Below are positions 11,529-21,467 of a stretch of 64,000 nucleotides of DNA, one piece after another. The notes below the pieces were generated by a model. It worked only from the letters and a program-made list of their open reading frames with translations. It was not told the origin of the DNA and did not search any database. The stretch is from an uncultured Verrucomicrobiae bacterium (GTDB taxonomy: Bacteria; Verrucomicrobiota; Verrucomicrobiia; Chthoniobacterales; JAATET01): positions 32,001 through 96,000 of the forward strand of contig CAVRCI010000002.1 in the NCBI GenBank assembly GCA_963719495.1, read 5' to 3'. Position 1 is the first letter of the stretch. Every line of letters begins with the position of its first letter. Made by a program: the position numbers and the translations under genes.

Positions 11529-11870
11529 TTGATGAACCCAAATACCGCACCTCGTGCCATCCTTGATCAAATCGCGGCCATCGACCGCATGGAGCGAGGA
11601 AAGCTCTCGGTGATCCGTCAAGGCCAGAGCGGATCTTACTTCAATCTCCAGCGTAGGGAGGGTGGGCGAAACGTGACCGAATACGTCCCGGCCGATCAGG
11701 TGGCCCAAGCCCAGGAGAACATTGATGCCCATCATCGCTTCCAGTCTCTTGTCGGCGAGTATGCGGACTTGATCACCGCGCAGAGCAGGCAGGATCGCAA
11801 GGCCGGGGCTAAAAAAAAACGCCCGACCCAAACATCTGCCTCGCCCAGGAAGCGGAAATCCAAGACCTGA
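11529..11870 (+). CDS. IS accessory OrfA
   Basis: Lies inside the IS; A9 tract at 11811-11819 overlaps the -1 transposase frame. Confidence 0.75.
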   Translation: MMNPNTAPRAILDQIAAIDRMERGKLSVIRQGQSGSYFNLQRREGGRNVTEYVPADQVAQAQENIDAHHRFQSLVGEYADLITAQSRQDRKAGAKKKRPTQTSASPRKRKSKT

Positions 11871-11917
11871 TCGCCGCGTTCCGCAGCAAAGAGCCAGCCG
11901 GAACTGCCGTCGCCGAG

Positions 11918-13171
11918 TTGGAAGTCCTCGTGCGCACAGCCATCTTCAAACCAGCCAACGAACTGGTGGCCATGCTCCTGCAGCAAGCCGCCGAGCGCAT
12001 TGACGCGGCCTACCTCCCCAAGCCCGGCGAACAAGCCAAGGGGCGCGAGGTTCTCATGGTCCAGGGCATGTTCGGCTCCTTCGCGCTGCTGCGCCAATAC
12101 TACTACCATCCCGGGAAAAAATGCGGCCACTTCCCGGCCGATTCGGCCCTCGGTCTGGAAGGGGCCTACACCCCCGCCCTGGCCCGGCTCATCTGCTTGG
12201 AGGGAGCGGATGAAAGCAGCTTCCAGCAGGCTTGCTTCCACCTCGCGGAAACTGGCGGCATCTCCGTCTCCGAGCGCCAGATCCAGCGTGTGGTTGGCCG
12301 CACGGGCGAGTGCGCCGTGGCGTGGCAAAAACGAGAATCGGCCCCCGGCCCCTGCGAGGCCAGGATCCTCTACGTCAGCGCGGACGCCACCGGAGTGCCC
12401 ATGCGCCGGGAAGAGCTCGCTGGCCGCAAAGGCAAAGCCCCCGACGCAAAAGCCAAAACCCGCATGGCCACGCTCGGTTGCGTCTTCACCCAGACCAAAG
12501 AAGATGACCAAGGTCGCCCCCTGCGCGACCACGACTCCACCACCTACCTCTCCGCCTTCCAGAGCCCCTCGGACTTTGGAATCAGCCTGCGTCGCGAGGC
12601 CATTCGGCGCGGCTTGTTCTCGGCCCCGGAAACCGTCCTGCTCATCGACGGAGCCCCCGGCTTGGAAAAGCTCGGGCACGATTACTTTCCGGATGCCGTC
12701 CAAATCGTGGACTTCTACCACGCCATGGAACACCTCCAGACCCTGATCGAAACCCTCTGGGGCAAAGCGGAGCAGGCCCGCAACAAGCGCCGCAGACATC
12801 ACTGGAAAAAACTCCTCGCTCACGACGGGGTCGAGCGCATCATCAAGCAGGCGCGCCAGGAAGCCCTCCTTCGCGGCAATGTGGCACAGGTGGAAACCAC
12901 TTTGGGCTACTTCGTGAACAACATCCCGCGCATGCAATACGGAACCTTCCGGGCCAGAAAATACTTCATCGGCTCCGGAGTCGTCGAAGCCGGCTGCCGC
13001 TCACTCATCGGAAAGCGATGCAAGCAATCGGGCATGTTCTGGGGCGAGCCTGGCGCGGACAAAGTCCTCGCCTTCCGCTGCATCCATGCCAGCCGCAGAA
13101 CGGACTCGTTCTGGAAATACCACCTCAACTCACGCGCCGCTGAGAACGACACGCTCCCCCTCGCCGCATGA
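11918..13171 (+). CDS. ISKra4-like DDE transposase (frame is open from the A9 tract)
   Basis: SADATG, LIDGA, VDFYHAMEHL and IGSGVVEAGC motifs. Confidence 0.85.
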   Translation: MEVLVRTAIFKPANELVAMLLQQAAERIDAAYLPKPGEQAKGREVLMVQGMFGSFALLRQYYYHPGKKCGHFPADSALGLEGAYTPALARLICLEGADESSFQQACFHLAETGGISVSERQIQRVVGRTGECAVAWQKRESAPGPCEARILYVSADATGVPMRREELAGRKGKAPDAKAKTRMATLGCVFTQTKEDDQGRPLRDHDSTTYLSAFQSPSDFGISLRREAIRRGLFSAPETVLLIDGAPGLEKLGHDYFPDAVQIVDFYHAMEHLQTLIETLWGKAEQARNKRRRHHWKKLLAHDGVERIIKQARQEALLRGNVAQVETTLGYFVNNIPRMQYGTFRARKYFIGSGVVEAGCRSLIGKRCKQSGMFWGEPGADKVLAFRCIHASRRTDSFWKYHLNSRAAENDTLPLAA

Positions 13172-13832
13172 TTTGAAGAATTTTGTCCTGCACCCGTGTT
13201 GTGATAGCGGTCATGGCAGGGCTTGCAAACAGCAATCAACTCAAATAAGATTTCTTCACCTACGTTTTCGTATGTTTTGTGATGTGCCTGAGTAGCGCGA
13301 CGGCTTCTGCATCCCTCGCATATTCCTTGGGAGCGTTGAATCACAAGTTCGCGTTTCGCAAGCCACTCGTCACTTTGGAGATACTCCTCATACTGAGCGT
13401 TCCAGGCTTCACGTAGCTTTCCGCGTTCATCCTCCTGAATCTGCTCAAATCGTTCTCGGAACAGAGCCCAAACTCTATCAGCGATTTCTAAATCAAAATC
13501 GGGAATTACTAAGGGATCGGCAATCTTGCTCTTCGGAATTCGATTCCCAGTCTTTGATCCGCATTTTAGACATTGATTCCAATACCATTTTTGACCGCTT
13601 TCCGTAACCTTGACGCGAATTTCCGTTAATTGATGTTCGCACAGACTCGGGCAGTCGGCCCGTCGCCTGAGTGACTCATAGTCAAGATCGAGTCTCGTGA
13701 ACTTCATTTTAGGCTAACGTCAAGCTCAGCCACCCTGAGCGGGTAATCGAGCTAACCCTGAGGTGAACTGCCGGTAGCGGGTTCGAACAACCCCAGCCAG
13801 CGAAGCGGCTAGGGGTTGGCTGCAGCGCCTTG

Positions 13833-14168
13833 TTAGCCCTCAGGAGTATTTTGAATGGCTGTCTTCATCAGAGGAGTGTCTTCAATTGCGGTTCCCCATA
13901 CCATGTCGAGATCCACTCCAAAGTATTGATGTATCAATTTGTCTCGCATGCCCGCTATGTTCTTCCATGGAATGTTCGGGCGGTGGTCCCGAAAGTCCAT
14001 CGAGAGCATTTTGGTGGCTTCACCGATAATTTCAAGCTGCCGAATAATTGCATGTTGCATCATAGGTGTAGAATAAAATACCGAACGCTCAATGCCTGCC
14101 GTATAGAGTTCGATCCGTGAAATAGCGTCTAGGATATGCTGCGCATAGATTTCGTCATCACGCTCCAT
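13833..14168 (-). CDS. hepT: HepT/DUF86 HEPN toxin
   Basis: LEIIGEA...IPWKNIAGMRDKLIHQYFGVD (RX4HXY motif). Confidence 0.9.
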   Translation of the reverse strand: MERDDEIYAQHILDAISRIELYTAGIERSVFYSTPMMQHAIIRQLEIIGEATKMLSMDFRDHRPNIPWKNIAGMRDKLIHQYFGVDLDMVWGTAIEDTPLMKTAIQNTPEG

Positions 14169-14445
14169 AAAGCAGAGTCATATTAGATAAAACACTATTA
14201 CGAAGGTGCTTATTCAATGAATTCCTTGTGACTAGGTCGACTGGGCGTTCGGCCAAATCGGATAGGTCTCTCTCAAGTTCGATGAACGCAAGAAGGCTCT
14301 TGGGTGTGGCGAAATCGACTAGGAGATCAATGTCGCTCTCCTCTGTGTCATCTCCTCGCGCTGTCGAACCAAAAAGAGCGACCATTGTCGCGCCTTCCGA
14401 GCGACATCGGTCGACTAGTGGAGCCAGACGTTCTTTTGCGATCAT
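14158..14445 (-). CDS. mntA: MNT nucleotidyltransferase antitoxin
   Basis: LFGSTARGDDTEESDIDLLV (GSX10DXD motif). Confidence 0.9.
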   Translation of the reverse strand: MIAKERLAPLVDRCRSEGATMVALFGSTARGDDTEESDIDLLVDFATPKSLLAFIELERDLSDLAERPVDLVTRNSLNKHLRNSVLSNMTLLYGA

Positions 14446-14476
14446 CCCGCAAGATTACCGAATGTGGTCTTGCGGG
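14446..14476 (-). promoter_or_regulatory. Inverted-repeat operator overlapping the putative -10 (TAATCT) of mntA-hepT
   Basis: CCCGCAAGA-N13-TCTTGCGGG abuts the start codon. Confidence 0.55.
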
Positions 14477-14500
14477 CGAGCATTGTTTTCATGGGGCTAA

Positions 14501-14665
14501 CGTCAAGCTCAGCCACCCCGAACGGGGATCCGAACTCTGAAGAAGGATGTGAACTGCCAGCCGGAAGTCAGTGCAACAGCGGCCGGTGATCGGCTAGGGG
14601 TTGGCTGCAGCGCCCTGGTCGTCGTGACGGGTCGCGGCGGAAGTGGCAATTAATAGCGTCCGGCA
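14501..14665 (-). other. 3' part and attC of a family B cassette split by IS insertion and inversion
   Basis: Sequence continues at 23388-23635 on the opposite strand. Confidence 0.85.
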
Positions 14666-15433
14666 TGTCGGCGACTGTTCAAAAGCGGAATTCTCGCCTG
14701 TTCAAAAGCGAACAGCGATTTTAGAGGCTGAAGTGGCCTAGAATGGGGGGCCAGACGGTTTTGGGAGGGTGTTCGACGACCCAGAAACGGCTTCCGGGAT
14801 GGTGGACGATGGTGACGCTCTTGCGCTGGGTGTTGGAGATCTCGTAGTTGGAGCCATCGAAGTCGATGGTGTGGTCATTGTTCACCCGGCGGGAGCAGCG
14901 GATTGAGAGGTGTAAGTCTAGGAGCGCGGAAGGCGGGATGGGGCGCATGCGCCCGCTGTCGCCAAGCGACTGCGCTTCCCACAGATGGAGCGGGACCTTG
15001 CCGGTGGAGCGATTGACGGTACGGTTCTGCCTGGCAATCTCCATCTGAAGAATTTCGTCGGCCTGGGGCCAAGTTTTGGCGCTGGCATGGGCGAGTAGTG
15101 TGACGAGCCGTCTCTGGAAAGTCCCGAAACGGCGCTCGATCTTACCCTTAGCTTGTGGGGTCGGTGCCACTAAGTGAGCGACGCCGAGTCCGCGGAGGGC
15201 GCGTTGGAATTCACTCTTAGGATCGCAGTGATCGCCGCTGGAACTTGGCCCGAAGAGGCTGAGGCCATCAGTGTAAACGATCTGCGGCAGGCCCCAGGTC
15301 TCGAAGGATTCGCGGAAATGTCCGAAATGGTTCCAAGTGGTATCGGATTCCACGAAGCGACCTGCTAGATTCAGGCCCGAATGGTCGTCGACGGTGAGCA
15401 GTAAAGTCTGTTTAGCGGCGGCGGGCCACCATT

Positions 15434-16742
15434 GGCTCTTCTGGGATTACAGTGGGAAAAGATCGAGCCTACCGAGGAAGAAGAGGATTCTGGTTCGGTA
15501 GTTGAGGAAGGAACGGAACCCACGGGCGGCGGACTTGAGGGATTGGATTCGTGAATTGAGAGCTTCGGTAGCCGCGTTGGTGATGCGATGGCGCAGGAAG
15601 GTGATGATGTTCTCAAAGTGGTTTTTGAGGGTTTTGGCCACCTTCTTGATGGGTTCAAGCTGGGAGCGGCGAGCCCAGCCATACCAAGCCGCGAAGAACT
15701 TGCGGGCATTGGCCTCGTAGCGGAAGTTCCAGAAGCGGCGGAGGTTTTCCTTGATGGCCCAGGCGCGAGCGCTCTTGAGATCGGAGTCACGCAGTTGAGA
15801 AAAGCGAGCAACATCCTCCTCTCTGAGATGATCGGGGTTGTAGCCGAAGAGGCGCTGGGTGCCTTTGAGGCGTTCGTCTCCCATGGCTTGCAGGCGTTTG
15901 TTTTCGGCGCGCACGACCTGGCTCACCGCTTTGTTGAGATGGGCGCTGATGTGGTAGCGGTCGTGGACCAGATCAGCCTGCGGGGCGTAGTCTGCGACGC
16001 TGGCACCAAAATGCCCGCTCATGTCGGCGGCCACGGCTTTCAAGTCCGCGGTGACATCCTCGGGCAGGCATTGCCAAAGGACTGCCGCGCTCTGCTTGTC
16101 GTTGCCGTCAGTGACTTCCAGCACCCGGCTGCCTTCCAGATCAGTCATGAGCGAAATGTAGCTCTGCCCACCGCCGAAGCTCTTTTCATCGAGTCCGGCG
16201 TAGCGCAATCCACTCAGATCGCGACGCTCAAGCCCCCGCTCGACGGCCCGTCGCATGATCCCGTGAACTTGATCCCAGCTCAGTCCCAGCAGTCGTGCCG
16301 CCGCACTCACCGTCGAGCACGCTCGGATCACTTCGATGGCAAAACGCTCGTAGAGCAGCGTAAAGCGGCTGCCCTTCCCCGCCCACGGCACCGGCACGCT
16401 TTCCACCCGCCCATCCGGTAGCCGCAGCCGCGGCACTCGCGCCGCCAGCAACGTCTCGAACCCGCACGTATCCATGTGCTTCCAGAAGCGTTCGACATGG
16501 TCGTGGCACGGAAGTCGATGCTCCCCATCCTCACTGGCCCACAACGTCCCCGGCTCATATCCGAGCCGGACCACCACCCGCTTCTCGCTCACGGCCAAGT
16601 CCACCTCTTCAACCGCCCATGGACTCTTCAATCCCAGGATCTGCGTGTAAAACTCTGTATCCTTCATCGCCCTCCTTCCTACCCGCATCCACCACCTCCG
16701 TTCAAACCCTCTTCACTTTCCCACTGTAAACCCAGAAGAGCC
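15434..16742 (-). mobile_element. ISL3-family element
   Basis: Same inverted ends as 1477-2785; 8-bp TSD CCACCATT. Confidence 0.95.
15447..16688 (-). CDS. ISL3 transposase
   Basis: One amino-acid difference from 1531-2772. Confidence 0.95.
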   Translation of the reverse strand: MRVGRRAMKDTEFYTQILGLKSPWAVEEVDLAVSEKRVVVRLGYEPGTLWASEDGEHRLPCHDHVERFWKHMDTCGFETLLAARVPRLRLPDGRVESVPVPWAGKGSRFTLLYERFAIEVIRACSTVSAAARLLGLSWDQVHGIMRRAVERGLERRDLSGLRYAGLDEKSFGGGQSYISLMTDLEGSRVLEVTDGNDKQSAAVLWQCLPEDVTADLKAVAADMSGHFGASVADYAPQADLVHDRYHISAHLNKAVSQVVRAENKRLQAMGDERLKGTQRLFGYNPDHLREEDVARFSQLRDSDLKSARAWAIKENLRRFWNFRYEANARKFFAAWYGWARRSQLEPIKKVAKTLKNHFENIITFLRHRITNAATEALNSRIQSLKSAARGFRSFLNYRTRILFFLGRLDLFPL

Positions 16743-17469
16743 CCACCATTGGTGGATCGAACTGTCGTGCTGCCAAAGTTCGCCGATGCGAGCGCGACGG
16801 AAGCGCCGATAAACGCGAGGCTTGCGGGTCGGCGAGGGCACCAGATGGGCGTAGCGCGCTTTGACGTGGGTCTCGACGACCGAGCGCGCCCGAACGAATC
16901 CGCAGAGTCGCTCAAGTTCGTCGGCGACTAACTGGTAATTGGGTGGGTTCTGAAGCGGCAGAAACTCTTGGAGAAAGCGTTCAACTTCGGGCGGCCAGTC
17001 GGCGCGACGAGCGCCCCCGCTGGCAGCCGGGGCGTAGGAATTACGATTTGCGAGGTAGGCCGTGCGGAGTTCATAGAGCCTGGTTTTGCCGATGCCTAAC
17101 TGGCTTGCGGCATTGCTGGCATCGAGAAGTCCTGCATTGAAATCTGCAAGTGTGCGACGGACAAAATCTGGCGGGAGACGGTGGGTAATCTGCTTCTTTT
17201 CAATCCGGGATAATCGACCAGGCGAGCGCGCAAGCCAGCGCGTTCCACAAACGCTTCACCCCAACGGCTGGTATCCTTGGGGCACTGGGGCCGGGGAGCA
17301 GGCGCGCACGCGGGAAGCGCCTCTCCGTCAGCCTCCGCTACGCTCCGGCCTCCTCCGAGGCGCTTCCCGCGTCTCCCAATACAACGCCCCAAAACCCCCA
17401 ATCCACTTTTGAACAGTCTCTCATTCCGCTTTTGAACAGTCTCCGTTCACTTTTGAACAGGCCCCGACA

Positions 17470-17727
17470 CTTTATGGTGTAGATGATGCTGGAAAAAGCC
17501 ATTTCATTCCATTCGATCAGCCGCAGTTCGAGTCGCACCAACCACTAAGAGTTACACAAGCACAGATCGTCGCCATTCATACGTCGTTTCCCAAATCATA
17601 TTTTCGGAGCTTCAGTAGCTTCTACGTCGCAGTTCCTGTTATCTTGGATGGGAACTTATGGTATATTCCATCGCAAGTAGAGTCGATATCGATGAAAGCC
17701 GAACAAGGCGCTGCAGCCAACCCCTAG
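17470..17727 (+). pseudogene. 3' half of a secreted-protein gene split by IS insertion and inversion
   Basis: LYGVDDAGKSHF...EQGAAANP* continues in frame from ...GLQLYGVD at 25123-25390 (minus strand). Confidence 0.85.
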
Positions 17728-17864
17728 CCGCTTCGCTGGCTGGGGTTGCTCGAACCCTCTACTGGCAGTTCACCTCAGGGTTGGCTTGATTGCCCGCTCA
17801 GGGTGGCTGAGCTTGACGTTAGCCATATTCTACACAATGATAACACACGTATATTACCAACACC

Positions 17865-18332
17865 ATGATCACTAAACTCCTTCTGATCTCAACGATTGCT
17901 CTCGCACTGCTCCAGCCGACACAGGCGCAGGATACCGAGAAAGCATCTTTTAATTTCGTGTATAGAACCGATCGAACTGGCGGAAACTTCCTTACGTTGA
18001 GCGCCCGGCAATCTATTACTGTATCAGGAAAGTTACGCTTTCGCAAATCCCGCGCGGATTCAGGAATCTACAAGTTCGAAGGACGCGTGCTATCGTCCCG
18101 TCTAGATGCAATGGGCAATACTCGATTCCGAGTCATACTTTCGGACGGCAATGGCCTAAAACTTAAGGGAACGGCATGGCAGGAGCTCCGCTTGGTTGGG
18201 TCTGAAGATTTCGTAATTGGAGGAGAGTATTTCAACCTATTTAAAGGCCGAACAAACGAACCGAGACTTTTTAATCAGAGGGCGAAGCGGCTTGATCTTG
18301 AACACAAGGCAGGAACTGTGTTTTTCGATTAG
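17865..18332 (+). CDS. Hypothetical secreted protein
   Basis: Fills the cassette; signal peptide ending TQA. Confidence 0.8.
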   Translation: MITKLLLISTIALALLQPTQAQDTEKASFNFVYRTDRTGGNFLTLSARQSITVSGKLRFRKSRADSGIYKFEGRVLSSRLDAMGNTRFRVILSDGNGLKLKGTAWQELRLVGSEDFVIGGEYFNLFKGRTNEPRLFNQRAKRLDLEHKAGTVFFD

Positions 18333-18462
18333 AATCAATGCGGCTAACAAGGCGCTGCAGCCAACCCCTAGCCGCTTCGCTGGCTGGGGTTGCTCGGTCC
18401 CGCTACCGGCAGCTCACCTCAGGGTTGGCTCGGCCACCCGCTCAGGGTGGCTGAGCTTGACG

Positions 18463-18969
18463 GTCGCCTTATACAAAAAATAACGATTTAGTTCGGTTTA
18501 GGAACGCTCGCTTTCGATTCGATCGGGCGACTGAGCCGAGGGAATTCGACTGGATGCCCCTTTCCCCTTCCATCCGCCGACTCCCCTCGTCACAGACGCC
18601 CTCTTCCACCTCTCCGATCTCACTTCGCCGTTCCGGGTCTCGCCGCTCCACCCGCAGAGCCGGGTCGAGCTTGCGCCTCCGCGACTTCGCTGATTGATCT
18701 GTTTCGATTACATTTTCACCATCACGAGGAAATATTGCCACGACCAGTCTGGCTCGAGCCTCGGTCCATGTGGTTGAATTGTTCCTGACTTCCACGGTTT
18801 CGCCCCTGTCGGATGCTACGGTCGGCCATCTTGTCCACGAGCCGTCCCGACGACCAGAGCGCTGCAGCCAACCCCTAGCCGTCACCCGGCGCTCTTGTTC
18901 TGACTTCCGTCCAGTCCATCACATCAAGCTCAGAATTTGGTCCCCCGTTCGGGGTGGCTGAGCTTGGCG
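18463..18969 (+). other. Cassette family B' (GGT/ACC core; possible antisense ORF)
   Basis: Homologous to 40806-41314. Confidence 0.75.
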
Positions 18970-18984
18970 TTAGGCGATACAGAA

Positions 18985-19012
18985 TTGCGCGAAGCTGAAT
19001 ATCCGATACACT
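18985..19012 (+). promoter_or_regulatory. Putative sigma70 promoter, leaderless arrangement
   Basis: TTGCGC-N16-TACACT-N6-ATG, no Shine-Dalgarno. Confidence 0.6.
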
Positions 19013-19018
19013 CCTTTC

Positions 19019-19237
19019 ATGATCGCAATAGATGAAATACAGCAAATGCCTCTGCACGAAAAACTTGTGGTTATGGAAGCAATATGGTCAAACATATCCC
19101 AAGTTGAGGCTTCAATCGACGTTCCCCAATGGCACAAGGACTTGCTTGACGAACGGGAAGCGTTGATTTCGGGAGGCAAGGCACAGTTCATTGATTGGGA
19201 CGACGCCAAAAAACAGATTGAGGCCGCTACTCGATGA
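19019..19237 (+). CDS. Addiction-module antitoxin
   Basis: EKLVVMEAIW...PQWHKDLLDER...WDDAKK. Confidence 0.85.
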   Translation: MIAIDEIQQMPLHEKLVVMEAIWSNISQVEASIDVPQWHKDLLDEREALISGGKAQFIDWDDAKKQIEAATR

Positions 19238-19533
19238 AGCTGCAGATTCTCGACCTCGCGCGCAACGATCTCATTGATGGCTATCACTATTACGAAGACA
19301 AAGAAGATGGACTTGGGTCTTACTTCCTGACAAACCTCTATTCAGACATCGAGACACTCAAGGTATTCGGTGGGATTCATTCAAAGCCTCATAAGGATTT
19401 TCATCGAGCACTCTCTAAGCGCTTCCCTTTTGCAATCTATTATACGGTGGCCGACAGCACAGTTCAGATCAGGGCCGTGATTGATTGTAGACGAAAGCCA
19501 ACTTGGATTCGAAAGCACTTGAGGAACGCCTAA
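19234..19533 (+). CDS. RelE/ParE-family toxin
   Basis: HRALSKRFPFAIYY...AVIDCRRKP; ATGA overlap. Confidence 0.85.
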   Translation: MKLQILDLARNDLIDGYHYYEDKEDGLGSYFLTNLYSDIETLKVFGGIHSKPHKDFHRALSKRFPFAIYYTVADSTVQIRAVIDCRRKPTWIRKHLRNA

Positions 19534-19648
19534 CAAGGCGCTGCAGCCAACCCCTAGCCGCTTCGCTGGCTGGGGTTGCTCGAACCCGCAAGTGGCAGCT
19601 CACCTCAGGGTTGGCTCGATTGCTAGCTCAGGGTGGCTGAGCTTGACG

Positions 19649-20113
19649 TTCGCCTGATTTATTGGAGTTAAGATCAAGGGAAAGTTCAGAGTTGCTCGAT
19701 TCCCTTTGGCATACGATTGAGCACGATTCTGGTTTTTCATTGATCACTCCCGATTCGGCCCCAAGAATTATTCGCCTGCCATGCACGCTTGGGGCGCTCA
19801 CGCGGCCTGAGTAGATCCATCCAGAATCCGTTCCGCCCTTCTCGTGTCACGAGCAATATATTTATAATGCGAAGTCAATCTGGACCACAGAAGCCTCTTC
19901 TACTGAATGCTCTAACGAAGCCGCTTGCTGGATTTGACCATCGTCGGCCTGTCGGACGCTCTGGTCCTCCATTGTGCAGTCACCGTTTCCGACGAACAAG
20001 GCGCTGCAGCCAACCCCTAGCCGACCAGAGGCAAGCCTTGGCCGACCGATCCCCTTCCGGCAAACACCTTGCCTAGACGTTCGTTGCCCCGCTCAGGGTG
20101 GCTGAGCTTGACG
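19649..20113 (+). other. Gene-less cassette, family A (candidate structured RNA)
   Basis: Repeat copy; long hairpin at 19662-19764. Confidence 0.8.
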
Positions 20114-20126
20114 TTAGCTGATTACA

Positions 20127-20942
20127 ATGCCTCAGGTCGTAAGCCAAAATGGAGTTCGGTTAAATTCCGACTACAAGCTCGGAGAGATTCAGGGCATCTG
20201 CGGCCTGATCCTCGAATCGTGGGTTCCCTCGGACCGCAACGCGGATTACAATCGTGCACTTGACACCCTGATCGAAAGACTTGCAATTTATGGACTCGAG
20301 GAGATTTCAGTGAATGTGATATCCCGGGATTTAATGAGCAAGTTTCCTGTTTTTTCGGATCGATCGCTCAAGGTTCGGGATTCGACTGCCATTTCGATCT
20401 CGACGGTCGACATTAAGGATCAAAGACTTCGGATCGGACGATTGCAGGCTGAAATGAAGGTCGATCCGGATGTTCGAGGCGGAAACAGGACTAAACGCAT
20501 ATTACTTTACAACCACGCGATTGACGCCACATCTTGGGAACGCATTGCAGAAGGCTTTTCCCCTGATTCCAAACAAGATCGGATTGATCGTCGCGTAGAA
20601 TATGGTGATGCACTTCCCACTGGTAATGTATCTCCCACTCGCACCCGTCACAGCACAGTGACTGTCGACCGAGATCCTTTTGTTCGCTCTTGGATTCTCC
20701 ATAATGCGAGCGGTGTTTGCGAACTCTGTGGTTTTACAGCGCCGTTCTTTAATGATGCTGGCCTCCCATTCCTCGAGGTTCACCACGTTTTTCCGCTCGC
20801 CGCCGGCGGACCTGACACCGTCGACAACGCTGTCGCGTTGTGCCCGAACTGCCATAGAGAATTACATCACGGAGTTGATCGGACTGCCAAGACCGCAGAC
20901 CTTATTCGATTGATTGGTCGGTTGGATTCAATACACAGCTAA
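20127..20942 (+). CDS. HNH endonuclease (McrA-like C-terminal domain)
   Basis: CELC...FLEVHHV...GGPDTVDNAVALCPNCHRELH. Confidence 0.9.
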   Translation: MPQVVSQNGVRLNSDYKLGEIQGICGLILESWVPSDRNADYNRALDTLIERLAIYGLEEISVNVISRDLMSKFPVFSDRSLKVRDSTAISISTVDIKDQRLRIGRLQAEMKVDPDVRGGNRTKRILLYNHAIDATSWERIAEGFSPDSKQDRIDRRVEYGDALPTGNVSPTRTRHSTVTVDRDPFVRSWILHNASGVCELCGFTAPFFNDAGLPFLEVHHVFPLAAGGPDTVDNAVALCPNCHRELHHGVDRTAKTADLIRLIGRLDSIHS

Positions 20943-21057
20943 CAAGGCGCTGCAGCCAACCCCTAGCCGCTTCGCTGGCTGGGGTTGCTCGGACCCGCCT
21001 CCGGCAGCTCACCTAGGGGTTGGCTCAGTCGCCCGCTCAGGGTGGCTGAGCTTGACG

Positions 21058-21454
21058 GTCGCCTAATATATCTGTTTTGAACGCCCGGTTTACGACCTTC
21101 AGATCTTATTCGTCCGAGTATCGTTCTCATCATCTCCTCATCGTTCCGCGTCCCTCTGCTTTGCTGGTAATCTCGTTTGTCTGTCTTTTTTGCCACGCTT
21201 TCGCCATCACGAGGAGATATGTGCATGCCATCAGTGACTCGGACCTCTTGCAGCAAATCACCCCCTTCCCAACTTCCTTATCTTGTTCCTGCCGGACGCT
21301 ATCGATTGCCACTTCCGCTGCGACCCGTCCCGACGACCAGGGCGCTGCAGCCAACCCCTAGCCGATCACCGGCCGCTGTTGCACTGACTTCCGGGTGGCA
21401 GTTTACATCCTTCTTCAGAGTTCGGATCCCCGTTCGGGGTGGCTGAGCTTGGCG
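21058..21454 (+). other. Gene-less cassette, family B
   Basis: G|GTCGCC start, GACGACC R''. Confidence 0.8.
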
Positions 21455-21467
21455 TTCGGCAAATGAT

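Larger units (their letters stand above)
11446..13195 (+). mobile_element. ISKra4-like element, 1750 bp
   Basis: GGGTGCAGGACAAAA / TTTTGTCCTGCACCC inverted ends; 9-bp TSD GTGTTGTGA. Confidence 0.85.
11391..13707 (-). pseudogene. HNH endonuclease gene interrupted near its 3' end by an ISKra4-like IS
   Basis: CEGC...AHHKTY...CKPCHDRYH; native tail VFPRFFQNLLNCLR lies at 11391-11436. Confidence 0.8.
650..14622 (-). repeat. Integron cassette array, left block: ~20 attC sites, cassettes on minus strand
   Basis: Recurring repeat, top strand (N)AAC-AAGGC-GCTGCAGC...GCTGAGC-TTGAC-GTT(N), with R''/L''/L'/R' layout, separating 0.3-0.7 kb units; each cassette start is complementary to its own R''. Confidence 0.95.
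14666..17469 (-). mobile_element. IS1202-like element carrying a nested ISL3 (transposase disrupted)
   Basis: TGTCGG...CCGACA ends with multiple CTGTTCAAAAG sub-terminal repeats; 1487 bp plus ISL3. Confidence 0.85.
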
